Assembly: GCA_951406725.2 (NCBI GenBank)
Contig: OX597842.1
Span: 8,370,001 to 8,434,000, forward strand
Reading direction: 5' to 3'
DNA: 64,000 nucleotides
Source: Octopus vulgaris
Taxonomy: Eukaryota
Each line of letters starts with the position of its first letter. Within the stretch, counting starts at the first letter, position 1. Below the pieces are notes generated by a model. The model saw nothing but the letters and a program-made list of their open reading frames with translations. It had not been told where the DNA came from and did not search any database. This document shows positions 40,814 to 54,639 of this stretch, one piece after another. A program made the position numbers and the translations under genes.

Positions 40814-41608
40814 TTATATATATATATATATACATCTCCTGGAAGGACCGAATACCAAACGGAGTCATCCTAGAACAGACTAATATGCCAAGCATGCATG
40901 CCCTCCTCGTGCGGAGACGACTGCGCTGGCTCGGACACGTCTGCCGCATGCAGGACGGTCGCATGCCTAAAGACATCCTGTACAGCGAACTCACCACGGG
41001 ATCCCGACCCAAGGGACGTCCACAGCTACGATACAGGGATGTGTGCAAGCGCGACCTGAGGACTGCCAACATCTGTGTGGACACGTGGGAGGTAACAGCT
41101 GCTGACCGCTCTGCCTGGCGTCGGACAGTGAGGAAAGGCGTTTCCATGGCTGAGGAAAGGAGAGCACAGCTGTGGTCGGACAGGCGGGACAGGAGGAGGA
41201 CAACTGCAGCAACACCCCACACGTACCCATCGATGTTCGTGTGCAGCAACTGTACCAGGGACTGCCACTCTAGAATTGGACTGTTCAGTCACAGCAGACG
41301 CTGCTCATCATCAAAGTAGACCCCACCCTTGGCGCGACCCATTGTCTATCAAGACAGACGGGGGAAAAGAAAAAGAATATATATATGTATATATAGGTAT
41401 GTGAGTCTTTGTTTGTGTTTGACCCCATCCCCACCCCATTACTGCTTGACAACTGGTGTTAGCGATTCGGCAAAGAAGAGACCGATAGAATAAGTACTAG
41501 GCTTGAGAAATAAGTCCTGGGGCTGATTTGTTCGACTAATACTTTTCAAGGCGGTGCTCCAGCATGGCCGCAGTAAAATGACTGAAATAAGTAAAAGAAT
41601 AAAAGAAT
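40352..41608 (+). mobile_element. Old SINE family A split by nested insertions (head 40352-40509, tail 41395-41608)
   Basis: Co-linear halves around a Penelope-like piece, (TA)n and an RTE fragment. Confidence 0.7.
40833..41365 (+). mobile_element. RTE LINE 3' fragment with C2H2 finger
   Basis: [62 protein letters not shown]. Confidence 0.92.
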
Positions 41609-41944
41609 GAAAGCATGGCCATATAGGTCCCTGTGCATTTGGAATACCGGATATACCCAGTGCTGGATTAACCATTAAGGAAAATGTGCACGTGCTTAAG
41701 GTGTCAAAGGAAATGAGGTACAACAGAAATGGTAAATAGTTTACGGCTGTGGGACTGAACCCGGAACCATGTGGTTGGGAAGCAAGCTTCTTAACCCGCA
41801 AAGTTAGGCTGTTCCTAGCTACACATGGTCACTTGGAATGTTGAATGCAGCAGCTAAATTTTTCTGAGAGCTTCCGTAACGTCCTGTGATGAGGGAAGTT
41901 GGTGCAGATCTAATATAACGTAGCTCTAGATATGCAACAACTCA

Positions 41945-42240
41945 CCCCACAAAAAAAAGTGGACTAGGTGACGAAAATGTCGCTAGAAGCTGGGATCACC
42001 AAGCGTAGATTGGCATATTTCGGTCATATTATGCGGAGAAAATCCCTGGAGAAGGACATCATGCTCGGAATGGTCAGTGGCAAGAGAGGAAGAGGCCGAC
42101 CAAGAACCCGCTGGCTTGACACCACCAAGAGGGATACCGGAATGGACATGGCGGGTCTGAAGGAATCGGCCCAGGATAGAACTGACTGGAGGACACTGAT
42201 CCAACGAGTGACCGAGAGTCGATTTCGACTGAGCGGTTAC
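41945..42240 (+). mobile_element. RTE LINE 3' fragment
   Basis: RRLAYFGHIMRRKSLEKDIMLGMVSGKRGRGRPRTRWLD..AQDRTDWR. Confidence 0.92.
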
Positions 42241-42462
42241 AGAGAGAGAGAGAGAGTTGGGATTGTCGAGGATGGAACGCGCTTAACCGTAGATGATCTG
42301 CTGGATCAGGGCCTGATCTGAGAGCTGTACAACAACAGCAACAAAAACGATGATCACGACTATAGCTGCTACGAACACCGCCGCCATTTTTATTCTCATA
42401 TTTTCATCGTTAACACAATTCCGACACAGCGCTGTCGCTTCTACGCTAACCGACATTAACAT

Positions 42463-43280
42463 TCACACCACCACCACCACCACCACCACAATCATCATAT
42501 AAACTACCACCATGACTACCACCCCCACCATCATCATTATCACCGCCACCACCACCAACATCACCTCCACTGCCACCATGTGGCGGCGGTATAGCGCTCG
42601 TGGTGCGGGTATTAACCGTGGTTGTGTTGTTGTTGGTGGTGGTGGTAGTAGTGGCGGCGGTGAAAGTGTCGATAGTGATGGTGGTGGTGGTGGTGGTGGT
42701 GGTGGTGGTGGTGGTGGAGGTGATGATTGTGGTGTTGTTATGGTTGTGGTGGTTATGGGGGTGGTGGTAGTGGTAGTTGTAGTGGTGGTGGTGGTGATGG
42801 TAGTGGTGGTGTGGTGGTTATGGTGGTGGTGGTGATTATGGTAGTGGTGATTGTGGTGGTGATGGTGATGGTGGTGCTTGTGGTGGTGGTGGTGGTGGTG
42901 GTTATGGTGGTGGTGGTGGTGGTAGTAGTGGTGGTGGTAGTAGTTATGATGGTGGTGGTAGTAGTTATGATGGTGGTGGTAGTTATGATGGTGGTTGTAG
43001 TGACGCAGAGATGGTTGTGGTGCGATTATAGTGATGGTGCTGTTGGTGGCGGCGGTGTCGTTGGTATCCTTGTTGTGGCCTCCGCCATCATCTCCACCAC
43101 CACCACCACAAGCACCACCACCACCATCACAACAACAACACCATAACCTCCACCACCTTTGCCAATACCACCACCACCGCCTCCGAACCCACCCACCCAC
43201 CCCTGCCGCCACCCTCGCCACCATCACCGGCGCCAACCACGCTGTTGCTGCCCGCGCCGCCACCTCCATGCCTCCACCAC
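42463..43280. repeat. (ACC)n-(GGT)n-(ACC)n compound repeat
   Basis: Strand switches near 42580 and 43075. Confidence 0.9.
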
Positions 43281-43422
43281 GCCCTGTGTTCTCATCGCTG
43301 AGGAATCCTAACTGTTGATCTAAATATACGCAAAACAACATACTGACTGACGTAAGACAAGAGCTGGTGTGGAGTTAGTGTATATTTTTATATACACTCC
43401 ATACATACATGCATGCATACAT

Positions 43423-43453
<31 letters not shown>

Positions 43454-43607
43454 AATATATACATAGTTATAGACATAAAAACACATGTCTATTATGCGCA
43501 TATATGTTTGTGTGAGTGTATACAACATGTATGTATGTATGTATGTATGTATGTATATATGTATGTATGTACATATATGTATGTATATATGTATGTAATC
43601 ATCTATA

Positions 43608-43716
<109 letters not shown>

Positions 43717-43844
43717 GTATATACATATATATAATCACACGCACACACAAACACACATACATTAATCAATGCATGTATGTATCTATCCATACATGCAGAA
43801 ACACATTTATATATGTATATACATACATATAGATATGTGTTAAA

Positions 43845-43896
<52 letters not shown>

Positions 43897-44067
43897 GTGA
43901 ACATAATATCTTATATGTATTTTATATGAATAATATATAGTCTATTGACTAATTTTTCTCTACGCTAGGCTACCCTGATATTATTAATTATATATATATA
44001 TATATATATGCATACAGCGTATGAGTGTGTGTGTATACATTCATACACATTGATGCACTCATACACA

Positions 44068-44112
<45 letters not shown>

Positions 44113-44555
44113 ATATGAAGCCTTGTTCGAGTTTTGCCTTCGTAGGAAGTATGCGAAAAACTTACACGGTGACCTTCACGTTGAAACAAAAACTGTGCTT
44201 CTTCGCACAAATACACCTTGGCAGGTGCAAAGTTGTGGTTCACAATTTGGTACTATACGTACTCGTATACACATCTATCCATTCTGCATACGTTCGTGCA
44301 CTTATCCGTACGCTATCACATAAGCATGCATATATATATATGCATATATACATTAATACGTTCGTACATATATATATACACGCTTGCACACAAATATACA
44401 TGAAAGTAAACACACATGCATGTATACATGATGCTACATTCATGCATACATGCTTTCACTTATGTGTGTATGTATGCAAGTATGTATGCATGTGTATGTA
44501 TATATGTATATATGTATATATGTATGTGTATATGAATATATATGTATGTGTATGC

Positions 44556-44597
<42 letters not shown>

Positions 44598-44599
44598 GC

Positions 44600-44637
<38 letters not shown>

Positions 44638-44696
44638 GCATATATATGTACGTGTGAATGTATGTATGTATGCATGTATGTATACACACATGCATG

Positions 44697-44749
<53 letters not shown>

Positions 44750-44754
44750 GTGTA

Positions 44755-45015
44755 GATGTATGAATGTATGTACGTATGTATGTACGTATGTATGTACGTA
44801 TGTATGTATGTATGTATGTATGTATGTATGTATGTATGTATGTACGTATGTATGTACGTATGTATGTACGTATGTATGTACGTATGTATGTATGTATGTA
44901 TGTATGTATGTATGTACGTATGTATGTATGTATGTATGTATGTATGTATGTATGTATGTATGTACGTATGTATGTATGTATGTATGTATGTACGTATGTA
45001 TGTACGTATGTATGT
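44755..45015. repeat. (ATGT/ACGT)n array
   Basis: Direct reading. Confidence 0.95.
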
Positions 45016-45802
45016 ATCGAAATACGTACGTACATATATATATGTATATATAAGTTACCCTAGCCTCGCGCCAGTTCGATTTGATTTTCACCGATTGACA
45101 ATAACCCTTTTTCACGAAAAAAAAAAAAAAAGAAATCAAAAAATGAAAAAAAAAAGGAAAAGAAATCTCCCCCAAAATCTTTCACCTTTAAACCGCTGCT
45201 GCGGCGCCACAGACGCAGCCTCGACCAATCAGCGCTTTCTGCCCTAGTTTCGCAACGAACTTGGAGAATGCAGAGAATATACAAAGTGCAATGTAGCAAG
45301 AATAGGTGTAACAGAATGGCAATTATTCTTTTGATAAATTAACGGCATAAATCATGAAGTTATTAATAATTTAGGTGGAGGAGTTGAACTCGAGAAATAT
45401 TATGTTGCGTTCGGCTATTCATGTGTAGTGTTCATATTGTTTGTGTTAAAGGTTTGGGGACACCGCCTTGAAGGGTTTAAGTCGAAGACATTGACCGTAA
45501 AGTCTGGTACTTATTCTATCGGTATATTTTTGCCGGAGCTGCTCAGTTGTGGAACATAACCAACCATATAACGGTTGATAGTTGGTGAGGTTAACAAACA
45601 CACAAAAAGATAAGTATGCTCACACAAACATGCGCACACACACACACACACACGTAATCATACTATATTATATTATATACATGCATACACATGTATACAT
45701 ATACATACATTATATATATATACATATATATATATATGTATGTATATATATATGTATCTATATGTGTGTGTATGTATGTATGTATATATGTATAATCTGT
45801 AT

Positions 45803-45843
<41 letters not shown>

Positions 45844-45856
45844 TCTGTGTGTATGT

Positions 45857-45924
<68 letters not shown>

Positions 45925-45930
<6 letters not shown>

Positions 45931-46080
45931 GGAGAATTCACAAAAAAAAGACGAAGACAGGTGGTGCAGATAACGACCAGATGTATCAGTTTAACGCTCT
46001 GGAAGTGAGAAAGTCTTTCAAGTTTCGAGCCTACGCTCTTTCACAGAAAGGAACACAGAAAGAAACAGGGAGAGAAAAAA
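45925..46080 (-). mobile_element. Family H2 element, degenerate core
   Basis: Motif 46015-46050 ctttCTGTGAAagagcgtaggctcGAAActtgaaag; follows (TA)n. Confidence 0.65.
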
Positions 46081-46091
46081 TAGTAGTAGTA

Positions 46092-46148
<57 letters not shown>

Positions 46149-46902
46149 TATATAAACATATATACACGGCGGGATTCCACACAGTTTCCGTCCACCACAT
46201 TCACAAATATGTCGTTGATCGATCTGAGGCTATAGTGTAAGACACTTGCCCAAGATGCTGCGTTGTGGGACTGAACCCGAAACCACGTGGGTGCAATGCG
46301 AGCTTCTTAACCGCACGGCCATGCATTTCGCATGTCAGGAAATCATTATCGTATCCCATGTCTTTTAATCATGAACCGCCCTCAACGAATGCCCTGAAGG
46401 TCGATACAAGAGTTAAGCCTAGCAGAAAGTACTTCCTTAACATAGCTATAACCCAAACCCAAATATTAAACTTGCTCTTCTGCATCTGAAAATATTTAGG
46501 CCCCCTTCCTCATAAACAATTGCTGTACTCTATCATGCTCAAATGGGGTCTGCTATAGATTAATGTTCCTGTATCTGAGATGGCGCTGCCTACTATGCTC
46601 ATAGATTTTCTGGACCCCATCAAGAAAACAGTCATCTATTGATTGGCATTGAAGACAAGGCCCAACCTCTGGGCTACGTGCACATCACTACAGATCCAGC
46701 AAGGAAGTGTGTGTGTATGTGTGTATGTGTGTGTGTGTGTGTGCGTGTGTGTGCGTGTGTGTGAGTGTGTGTCTTTGTGATTAGGTAAAGTCCTTTTTGG
46801 ATTAACTGTTGACAGAAAAAATCGGAGAAGTAGAAGTAAATGTAGTATAACTTGTGATAGGAAATGCATATATCGATTAAGTAAAAGCATTGAGAACATA
46901 GT

Positions 46903-47030
46903 AGAGGCACATGGCGTAGTGGTTACAGTGTTGGGCTCATGATCATGGGTTCGATTCCTGTAGCGGGTGATGCGCTGTGTTCTTGAGCAAAACACTTCAT
47001 TGTCACATTACTCCAGTCCACTCAGCTGAG
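46903..47030 (+). mobile_element. SINE family C 5' part
   Basis: A/B boxes plus TTCTTGAGCAAAACACTT. Confidence 0.7.
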
Positions 47031-47339
47031 CATCCTGTCCAGGGAGGAATATATACGCCAGAGAAACAGGAAGCCGGCTCTATGCTCCTTATGGAGTAAT
47101 GTGGACTAATCATTGATAACATAGATGTCGCTAGCAAGCAAGAATGAGTTGGTTGTATGAACCATGCATTTTTTAATTGTTTTATGTGCAGAGATAATCA
47201 CTCCGATGATTGATCCAGCGTAAAATCGTACTTGTGATAATATTTTTAGAGAGTTGAAACCGGTGTTGGTTTTCCATTCTGAAATACATCCTGCGTTGAA
47301 AGGGTTAAACCAGTAACAATTGGCTGTCTGTCGAAAGTC

Positions 47340-47605
47340 GAACAGTAAGATGAGCGTTTCACAGAAATTGTTCTTGGACTTGTACACAAACCAATTTTGC
47401 AGTTGTTTACAATTTTTGCATTCACAATAATTAGCCATTGCCAACCAAGTCTATTCTTTCGTTAGACAATGTTGCTGGCCACTTTCCAAATCTTAATGAA
47501 GTTCAAACGAAGCTTTAAGTAAACGTAGTTTCTTTGCTTCCAAACACAACATCCGTTTTGCAGCTGATAAACTAAGATGTAATAGCAACCGCCAAGGTGT
47601 ACCAT
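47340..47605 (+). pseudogene. pogo/Tigger DDE transposase relic
   Basis: LDNVAGHFPNL..VVSLLPNTTSVLQLIN*DVIATAKVY versus the DDE_1 consensus LDNAPGHP..FLPPNTTSxLQPMDQGVI. Confidence 0.7.
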
Positions 47606-47930
47606 CGTTTTATATACCACCCGCCCGAGACCGCTCCTGGTTATTGGATAAAAACTTCCTGTTTTAAAGTAGCTAAATTGAAACATTCCATCCAAATTCC
47701 GTGTTAATTTATGCTCTAAACACCAGTTTATTTATGACAAAGTTATTTTATTAAATTGTATAATATTTTCAGAATGAACTGAACCAAAATCAGTGAGTTT
47801 CAACAGAAATATGGAGACAAAAGAGTTAAATTGGTCGAAATTAAAAAACTTCCATCAAAATGCATCCAGCTAAATAATGAAAATGTTATTTTATTAATCT
47901 CTTCATTATTTTCAAAATTAACTGAAGCAA

Positions 47931-48345
47931 AGGAGTGGCTGTATGGTAAGTAGATTGCTTACGAACCACATGGTTCCGGGTTCAGTCCCACTGCGTGGCA
48001 TCTTGGGCAAGTGTCTTCTGCTATAGCCTCGGGCCGACCAAAGCCTTGTGAGTGGATTTGGTAGACGGAAACTGAAAGAAGCCCGGCGTTATATATGTAT
48101 ATATATATGTATGCGTGTGTATATGTTTGTGTGTCTGTGTTTGTTCCCCTAGCATTGCTTGACAACCGATGCTGGTGTGTTTACGTCCCCGTCACTTAGC
48201 GGTTCGGCAAAAAGAGACCGATAGAATAAGTACTGGGCTTACAAAGAATAAGTCCCGGAGTCGATTTGCTCGACTAAAGGCGGTGCTCCAGCATGGCCAC
48301 AGTCAAATGACTGAAACAAGTAAAAGAGTAAAGAGTAAGAGTAAA
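47931..48345 (+). mobile_element. SINE family A
   Basis: Match. Confidence 0.9.
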
Positions 48346-48508
48346 GTGTATTTCAGCAGAAATATGGTAACAAAAGGGTTAAAGTGATCTAAATTAAAAG
48401 CCTTCCATCAAAATTTCATGTTGATTTATATGTTCCAAACACTAGAATTAATACATTATTTACATTATTTACATTTGACGGACATTTGTCCTCATCTTGT
48501 TTGTTGTT

Positions 48509-48554
48509 AACACAACGTTTCGGCTGATATACCCTCCAGCTTTCTTCAGGTGTC
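48509..48554 (-). ncRNA. Minimal type I hammerhead ribozyme motif (family H3 element about 48450-48603)
   Basis: gacac-CTGAAGA-aa-gctg-gagggtatat-cagc-c-GAAA-cgtt-gtgtt: 5-bp stem I, palindromic ACGT. Confidence 0.7.
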
Positions 48555-48638
48555 TTGGGGAAATTTCGAATCTGGGTTCTCATTCCTAAGGTATTTTTCG
48601 ATGTTATTATTATTATCATTATCATTATTATTATTATT

Positions 48639-48754
<116 letters not shown>

Positions 48755-48777
48755 CATCATCATCATCATCATTAATG

Positions 48778-49100
48778 AGGGCGCATGGCTCAGTGGTTAG
48801 AGCGTCGAGGTTGTGAGCTCGAATCCAGGACCAGGTTGCGTGTTGTGTTCTTGAGCAAGACACTTTATTTCACATTGCTCCAGTTCACTCAGCTGTAGAA
48901 ATGAGTTGCGACTTCACAGGTGCCAAGCTGTATCGGCCCCCTTTGCCTTTCCCTTGGATAACACTGGTGGCGTGGAGAGGGGAGGCCAGTATGCATGGGC
49001 AGCTGCTGGTCTTCCATAAACAACCTTGCACGGACTTGTTCCTGGGAGGGTAACTTTCTAGGTGCAATCCCATGGTCAGTCATGACCGAAGGGGGTCTCA
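48778..49100 (+). mobile_element. SINE family C variant within (ATT)n
   Basis: A box TGGCTCAGTGG, V-like core, RTE-like tail GGTCAGTCATGACCGAAGG. Confidence 0.8.
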
Positions 49101-49110
49101 GCAATCAGCA

Positions 49111-49177
<67 letters not shown>

Positions 49178-49484
49178 TCACAGCCTGGAATCGAAATCGG
49201 AAACTTTGGGTTAGTAGCCCGCGCTCTTAACCACTACGCCATATGAATTAATAATGACAAGTTTATTTTACTAAACTCTTGATTACTTACAAAATTTATT
49301 GAACCAAAGTCAAGTGTATTTTAACAAAAATATGGCAACAAAAGGCTTAAAGTGATCTAAATTAAAACCTGTCGAAATTCCATGTTAGTTTATGTTACAA
49401 ACACTAGCTTAATAATAATGATAAAGTTACTTTCTCTAATTACGCCCTTCTTTTCAAAATAATTGAAATAAAGACGGTGTAATG

Positions 49485-49970
49485 ACATGCATAAGATCTG
49501 GTCATCAAATCTAAGTAGAGACTTCAAACTTGAAATCTTCAAAGCCACAGTCGAACCAATTCTATTATATGGCTCAGAAACCTGGACGTTATCAAAGAAG
49601 CTTGAGAGGCGGTTGGATGGAACCTACACTCGCCTCCTTATGAGAGCTCAAAATCTCTCATGGAAGCGCCATCCAACCAAAATGCGAATATATGGGAAAC
49701 TACCACCTGTGTCATCTCTTGTGAAAGGTAGAAGAGTCCAGTTTGCTGGACATTGTTGTAGAGCTGAAAAAGAGGTAATTTCTCCTCTTCTCCTCTGGAA
49801 GCCATCTACTCGCAATACCAGAGGGTGCACACTCTCCTACCCTGATGTAATCTGCAGGGATACAGGCATCCAGCAACAGGACCTCCGTAATGCCATGATG
49901 GACCGTGAAGTCTGGCGTAGCATGGTAAATTCCATTGTCTCGAGCACGGTCGAACAATGATGATGATGAT
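49485..49970 (+). mobile_element. RTE LINE 3' fragment, (TGA)n tail
   Basis: FKATVEPILLYGSETWTL..RRVQFAGHCCR..AMMDREVWR. Confidence 0.92.
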
Positions 49971-50434
49971 TTCAATAGAAATATGGAAATAACATTAAGA
50001 TGATCGAAATTAAAATTTCCATTGAAATTTATGTCAATTTAAGTCCCAAACACCAGTTTAATTATGGCAAAGTTATTTTACTAAATTCTTCATTATTTCA
50101 AAATTAATTGGAACAAACGCAGGGTATTTTAACAAAAATATGGTAACAAAAGTGTTAAAGTGATCTAAATCAAAGCCTCCCATCAAAATTTTATGTTCAT
50201 TTATGTTTCAAACACCAGCTTAATTACGACAAAGGTATTTTACTAAATCGTTCATTATTTTGAAAATGAATTCAAACAAAAGCAATATAGTTCCTTCAAT
50301 GTCAGGGACACGCGAAAAAATGGTATCAAATACAAGAACACGCAAACAGACCCTGTCCTCTGAACATAAAGAAGGGTTCTGCCCATAAAAGAGGAGGAAA
50401 GGAACGCTTTAGTGATTCTATCGACTAAACTATG

Positions 50435-50862
50435 CTCTTACTCTCTTTACTTGTTTCAGTCATTTGACTGTGGCTATGCTGGAGCACCACCTTTTTAGTC
50501 GACCAAATCGACCCCGGGACTTATTCTTTGTAAGCCTAGTACTTATTCTATCGGTCTCCTTTTTCCGAACCGCTAAGTTACGGGGACGTAAACACACCAG
50601 CATCGGTTGTCAAGCGATGTTGGGGGGACAAACACAGACACACAAACACATATACACACGTACATATACATACATATATATATATATATACATATATACG
50701 ACGGGCTTCTTTCAGTTTCCGTCTACCAAATCCACTCACAAGGCTTTGGTCAGCCCGGGGCTATAGTAGAAGACACTTGCCCAAGGTGCCACGCAGTGGG
50801 ACTGAACCCGGAACCATGTGGTTCGTAAGCAAGCTACTTACCACACAGCCACTCCTACGCCT
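50435..50862 (-). mobile_element. SINE family A, full length
   Basis: Match. Confidence 0.9.
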
Positions 50863-51094
50863 ATTTACCATTATTCCAAATAACCGAGGAACTGCTAGGA
50901 ACTTGGGGAACGAGCACGCAGATAAGGGGGCCTTGCTGTGTAGGTCACTTTGGATATTTATGAGCAGACGAAAGTGAAACCGGAAGAGAAGAAAATAAAG
51001 CTTGATTATGACTTCCGGGATAACAATACTTTTTCCGTGTGTCCGCGGCTTCATTATCAATTTTGTGATCAATAATTTATCTCAAATAATACAA

Positions 51095-51290
51095 AATCGT
51101 TAGCACGCCAGGCAAAAGGCTTAGCGGCATTTTGTATCTTCACGTTCTACGTTCAAATTCCGCCGAGGTCAACTTTGACTTTCCATTCTTTCAGGGTCGA
51201 TAAAATAAGTACCAGCAGAATACAGGAGTCGATTTAATTGACTTAACTCCTCTCCTACTATTTCTGGCCCTGTGCCAAAATTGGAAACCA
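51095..51290 (+). mobile_element. SINE family B, diverged
   Basis: Core match. Confidence 0.7.
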
Positions 51291-51467
51291 ACAATTTCTC
51301 TCAGATCGAAAGGAAAATCAATAATACTGATTCATCGCAATGAAGAAATGCCGACAGATAAAGACTTTCCAAGCGTGACTATCCCATCTTTTATTCAGAT
51401 GTGCTATATCTAGAACTACAATCCCTATGTAATGAAGAAAAACCGATATTGTTTATATATATATATA

Positions 51468-51935
51468 ACGGGAAGGTTTACGGAAATAAACAAAAGACGA
51501 AGGCAGGTTTACGAAAATAAACAAAAGACGAAGGCAGGTTTACGAAAATAAACAAAAGACGAAGGCAGGTGGAGTACAAACAAATAATGTATTAGTATGG
51601 CGCTCAGGAATATAAATAAAACAAGTCTTTTACGTTTCGAGCTTATGCTCTTCGACAGAAAGATACACTGAAAAGAAACAAGGAGAGAAACAAGGAGAGA
51701 AAAAAATTGCATGTAGGGGCTAACGATCCAACATCCAAACAAGAAAGCACAAAAAAACACACCACAACGCGAGGACGTGGAACGAATATAGTATTATTGG
51801 ACGCTCAGGAAGGAAGGGAAGAAGGAGGGTTTAACGTTTCGAGTGGAGCTCTTTGTTGGAAACATAGGAGAAGGAAAGATCCAGAGAAAGGAAGACGGAG
51901 GGAAAAAATCGCCAACGATACATACGCGGTCACAT
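51468..51935 (-). mobile_element. Tandem H2 plus H1 hammerhead-bearing elements
   Basis: Motifs at 51627-51662 (CTGTCGA...GAAA) and 51829-51863 (degenerate); three 31-bp terminal repeats at 51477-51570. Confidence 0.7.
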
Positions 51936-51936
51936 T

Positions 51937-51999
<63 letters not shown>

Positions 52000-52269
52000 T
52001 AGAGAGACAGACAGACAGATACCACACACACAGACATCCTACATACATATATGCGCGCGCGTGCGTGTGTGTGTGTGGGGGGAGCGTGTGCGTATATGTG
52101 CGCGTGCGTGTCGTTGTGTAGCTTTTTAAAGATGATAACGTATCTGATTTGAGAGAGATGTAGCTGCTATTTCTAGCATATAGGAACGCTCATAAAGAGT
52201 TTCCGTCGTTGATTTCGTAATTTTGGGGATGACAGACGAGAGAGGAGATGAAGGTAAGAAAGGAGAGTG

Positions 52270-52812
52270 TCGGTGAGAGTAAGAGTAGGGGGAGAGAGAG
52301 GGGGAGGTAGAGAGAGAGAATTAGAGAGAGAGAAAGGGAGTAGTAAAAGGAGAGAGAATCAGAGAGAGAGAAAGAGAGAAAGGGAGTAGTAAAAGAAGTG
52401 AGGGAGAGAGAAAGAGAGAAAAGGAGTAGTAAGAGAAGTGAGAGAGAGAGGTTGCCACATGGACAGACGGAGGGAGGGAGGTGCAAACGAAAAAGCGAGA
52501 GAGGTGGGATGGGGACAAAGAAAGAAAGGCGGGGGTAAGAATGCGATGCAGGGAGAGAGGGAAAGGAAACAAAGACAGAGAGAGAGAGGTAAGGGAGAGA
52601 GAAGCAGATAGAGAGAGAGAGAGAAAGAGAGAGCGAAAGGGAGAGAGAGAGAGAGAGAGGAAGGGGGAGTGAAAGAACAGAAAGAGATGGAAAGAGCGAT
52701 GTGCGGGTGGAGACGAAGAAAGAGAGAGAGAGAGAGTGGTAAGAGAGCGTTAGGAGAAAGAAGCAGATAGATAGAGAGAGGGAGGGAAGCAGAGAAAGAC
52801 ACAGAGAGTGAG
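52270..52812. repeat. Degenerate (GA)n purine tract
   Basis: Direct reading. Confidence 0.85.
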
Positions 52813-52981
52813 ATATATATATATACATATATGTATGCTTGTGTGTCTCTGTACGTATGTATATATATATATGTGTGTGTATGTATGTATGCCAAATGGA
52901 ATTCTTACGGCGCACGTGGGACAAAGGAATGTCGGATGATATCTGCTGCCTGCACACATGTGGTGTAGTTCTGTGTATATG

Positions 52982-53016
<35 letters not shown>

Positions 53017-53290
53017 GTATGTACGTGTGTGTACGTACATATCTATCTATCTAGCTATATTAATATTTCACTTAGGCATAGCGATAGTGATAACTTGGCG
53101 CTAAACCTCAAAATACATATGCTTCAGATAAAGGCGTTAGTCGAATACAGAATATGTTTAAAGAATATATAAGTAACAAAGGAATTAGAAATTATATAAT
53201 AGACTTCGTTAGCTTACAGCTGTTTCTGATCTAAGATGCAATGCACTCATATATAAAATTGTCTGAATGTGATTTTCGAATGAGGATATA

Positions 53291-53369
53291 TTTCCTGATG
53301 AAGGGAACGTTGTCCGCATGGATTGTAAAATTTCGACCTGTACATGAACTCTGGAAACGGCCGTAGAAA
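53291..53369 (+). ncRNA. Type I hammerhead-like motif
   Basis: tttc-CTGATGA-aggg...ctctg-GAAA-cggccg-ta-gaaa; stem I tttc/gaaa, palindromic ACGGCCGT. Confidence 0.5.
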
Positions 53370-53399
53370 GTAATTTTCCTCTGATTGTATTATATACTA

Positions 53400-53785
53400 C
53401 TAGCAGTATCGCCCGGCGTTGCTCGGGTTTGTAAGGGAAATAACTATATAAGCATTTTTAGAGATGTAAAGTATAATAGCCATCTCAATATGGCTAACCA
53501 CAAAGGGGTGGGGTGTTACTGTAGCTTTTTACGTTCTGAGATTTAATAATAAATTTTTAGAGAGTTACTTCCTTTATATATGCCAAAAATGCATTAAAAA
53601 TGGAGAAAATTGATGGTAATTTTTTTTTTAATCGTAGACGCGCGCTAATATCCAGAAGGGCTCAATATGAATCACGACTATAAGATACCCGGTTTTGGTT
53701 AAACTGCACCGCAAAATGTGGGAGTAGTTAGAAATCTAAATCGTAGGAGACAGACAGCACACAACCTTACTTTTATATATAAAGA
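53400..53785 (-). mobile_element. Non-autonomous Helitron
   Basis: A|TC...CTAG|T on the minus strand; close to 27081-27474. Confidence 0.9.
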
Positions 53786-54017
53786 TTTATACTTTTAAAA
53801 ATAACGGATTGGACTTCAGGGCTTTGTTAATTGGAATTTTTAGACACTCTTAACCATTCTTAATTTTAGTATTGAAATATTTTTTACTAGTTCTCTTTTC
53901 CTCCCTTTTTTTCGTACAGATCCCACGTATATTCTATTTACATATATTTTTATATATATTTATACATATTTATATTTTCAAAAATATTCATATATATATT
54001 GTATGTCGATATGTATT

Positions 54018-54106
<89 letters not shown>

Positions 54107-54256
54107 TATATATATATATATATATATATATACTGTATATATATATATATATATATATACTGTATATATATATATATAAATTTTATATTGAATTTATAAC
54201 TATGCTTGTGTATGTAAAATTTTTTTAATTTTAATTCTTATATATATATTATCATA

Positions 54257-54320
<64 letters not shown>

Positions 54321-54521
54321 CAATATAAGGAATGGCCCTGATAGGCTATTCGACTCACTAGAAAGAGCAGCCAAACTCAAACCGCTAAATAGTTGTAATT
54401 CTGAAATTGAAAGAGAAATAAAAACATTTACCCTTTTCATCTCTGGACTATGCAAAGTTTCGACAAACTTTGGTAGCGGAGAATTTTTTCTAGAATTTTT
54501 TTGCTACCCTTATATTTATTA

Positions 54522-54620
<99 letters not shown>

Positions 54621-54639
54621 TATGTATGTATGTATGTAT

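Noticed and set aside
44166-44252. Possible minus-strand exon ending CGT|gtaagt
   Set aside because: Poor acceptor; the open frame ends in phase 0, incompatible with the phase-1 exon chain
52908-52950. Possible 41-bp minus-strand exon (AADIIRHSFVPRA)
   Set aside because: Phase mismatch; resembles a LINE C-terminal SFFPR relic
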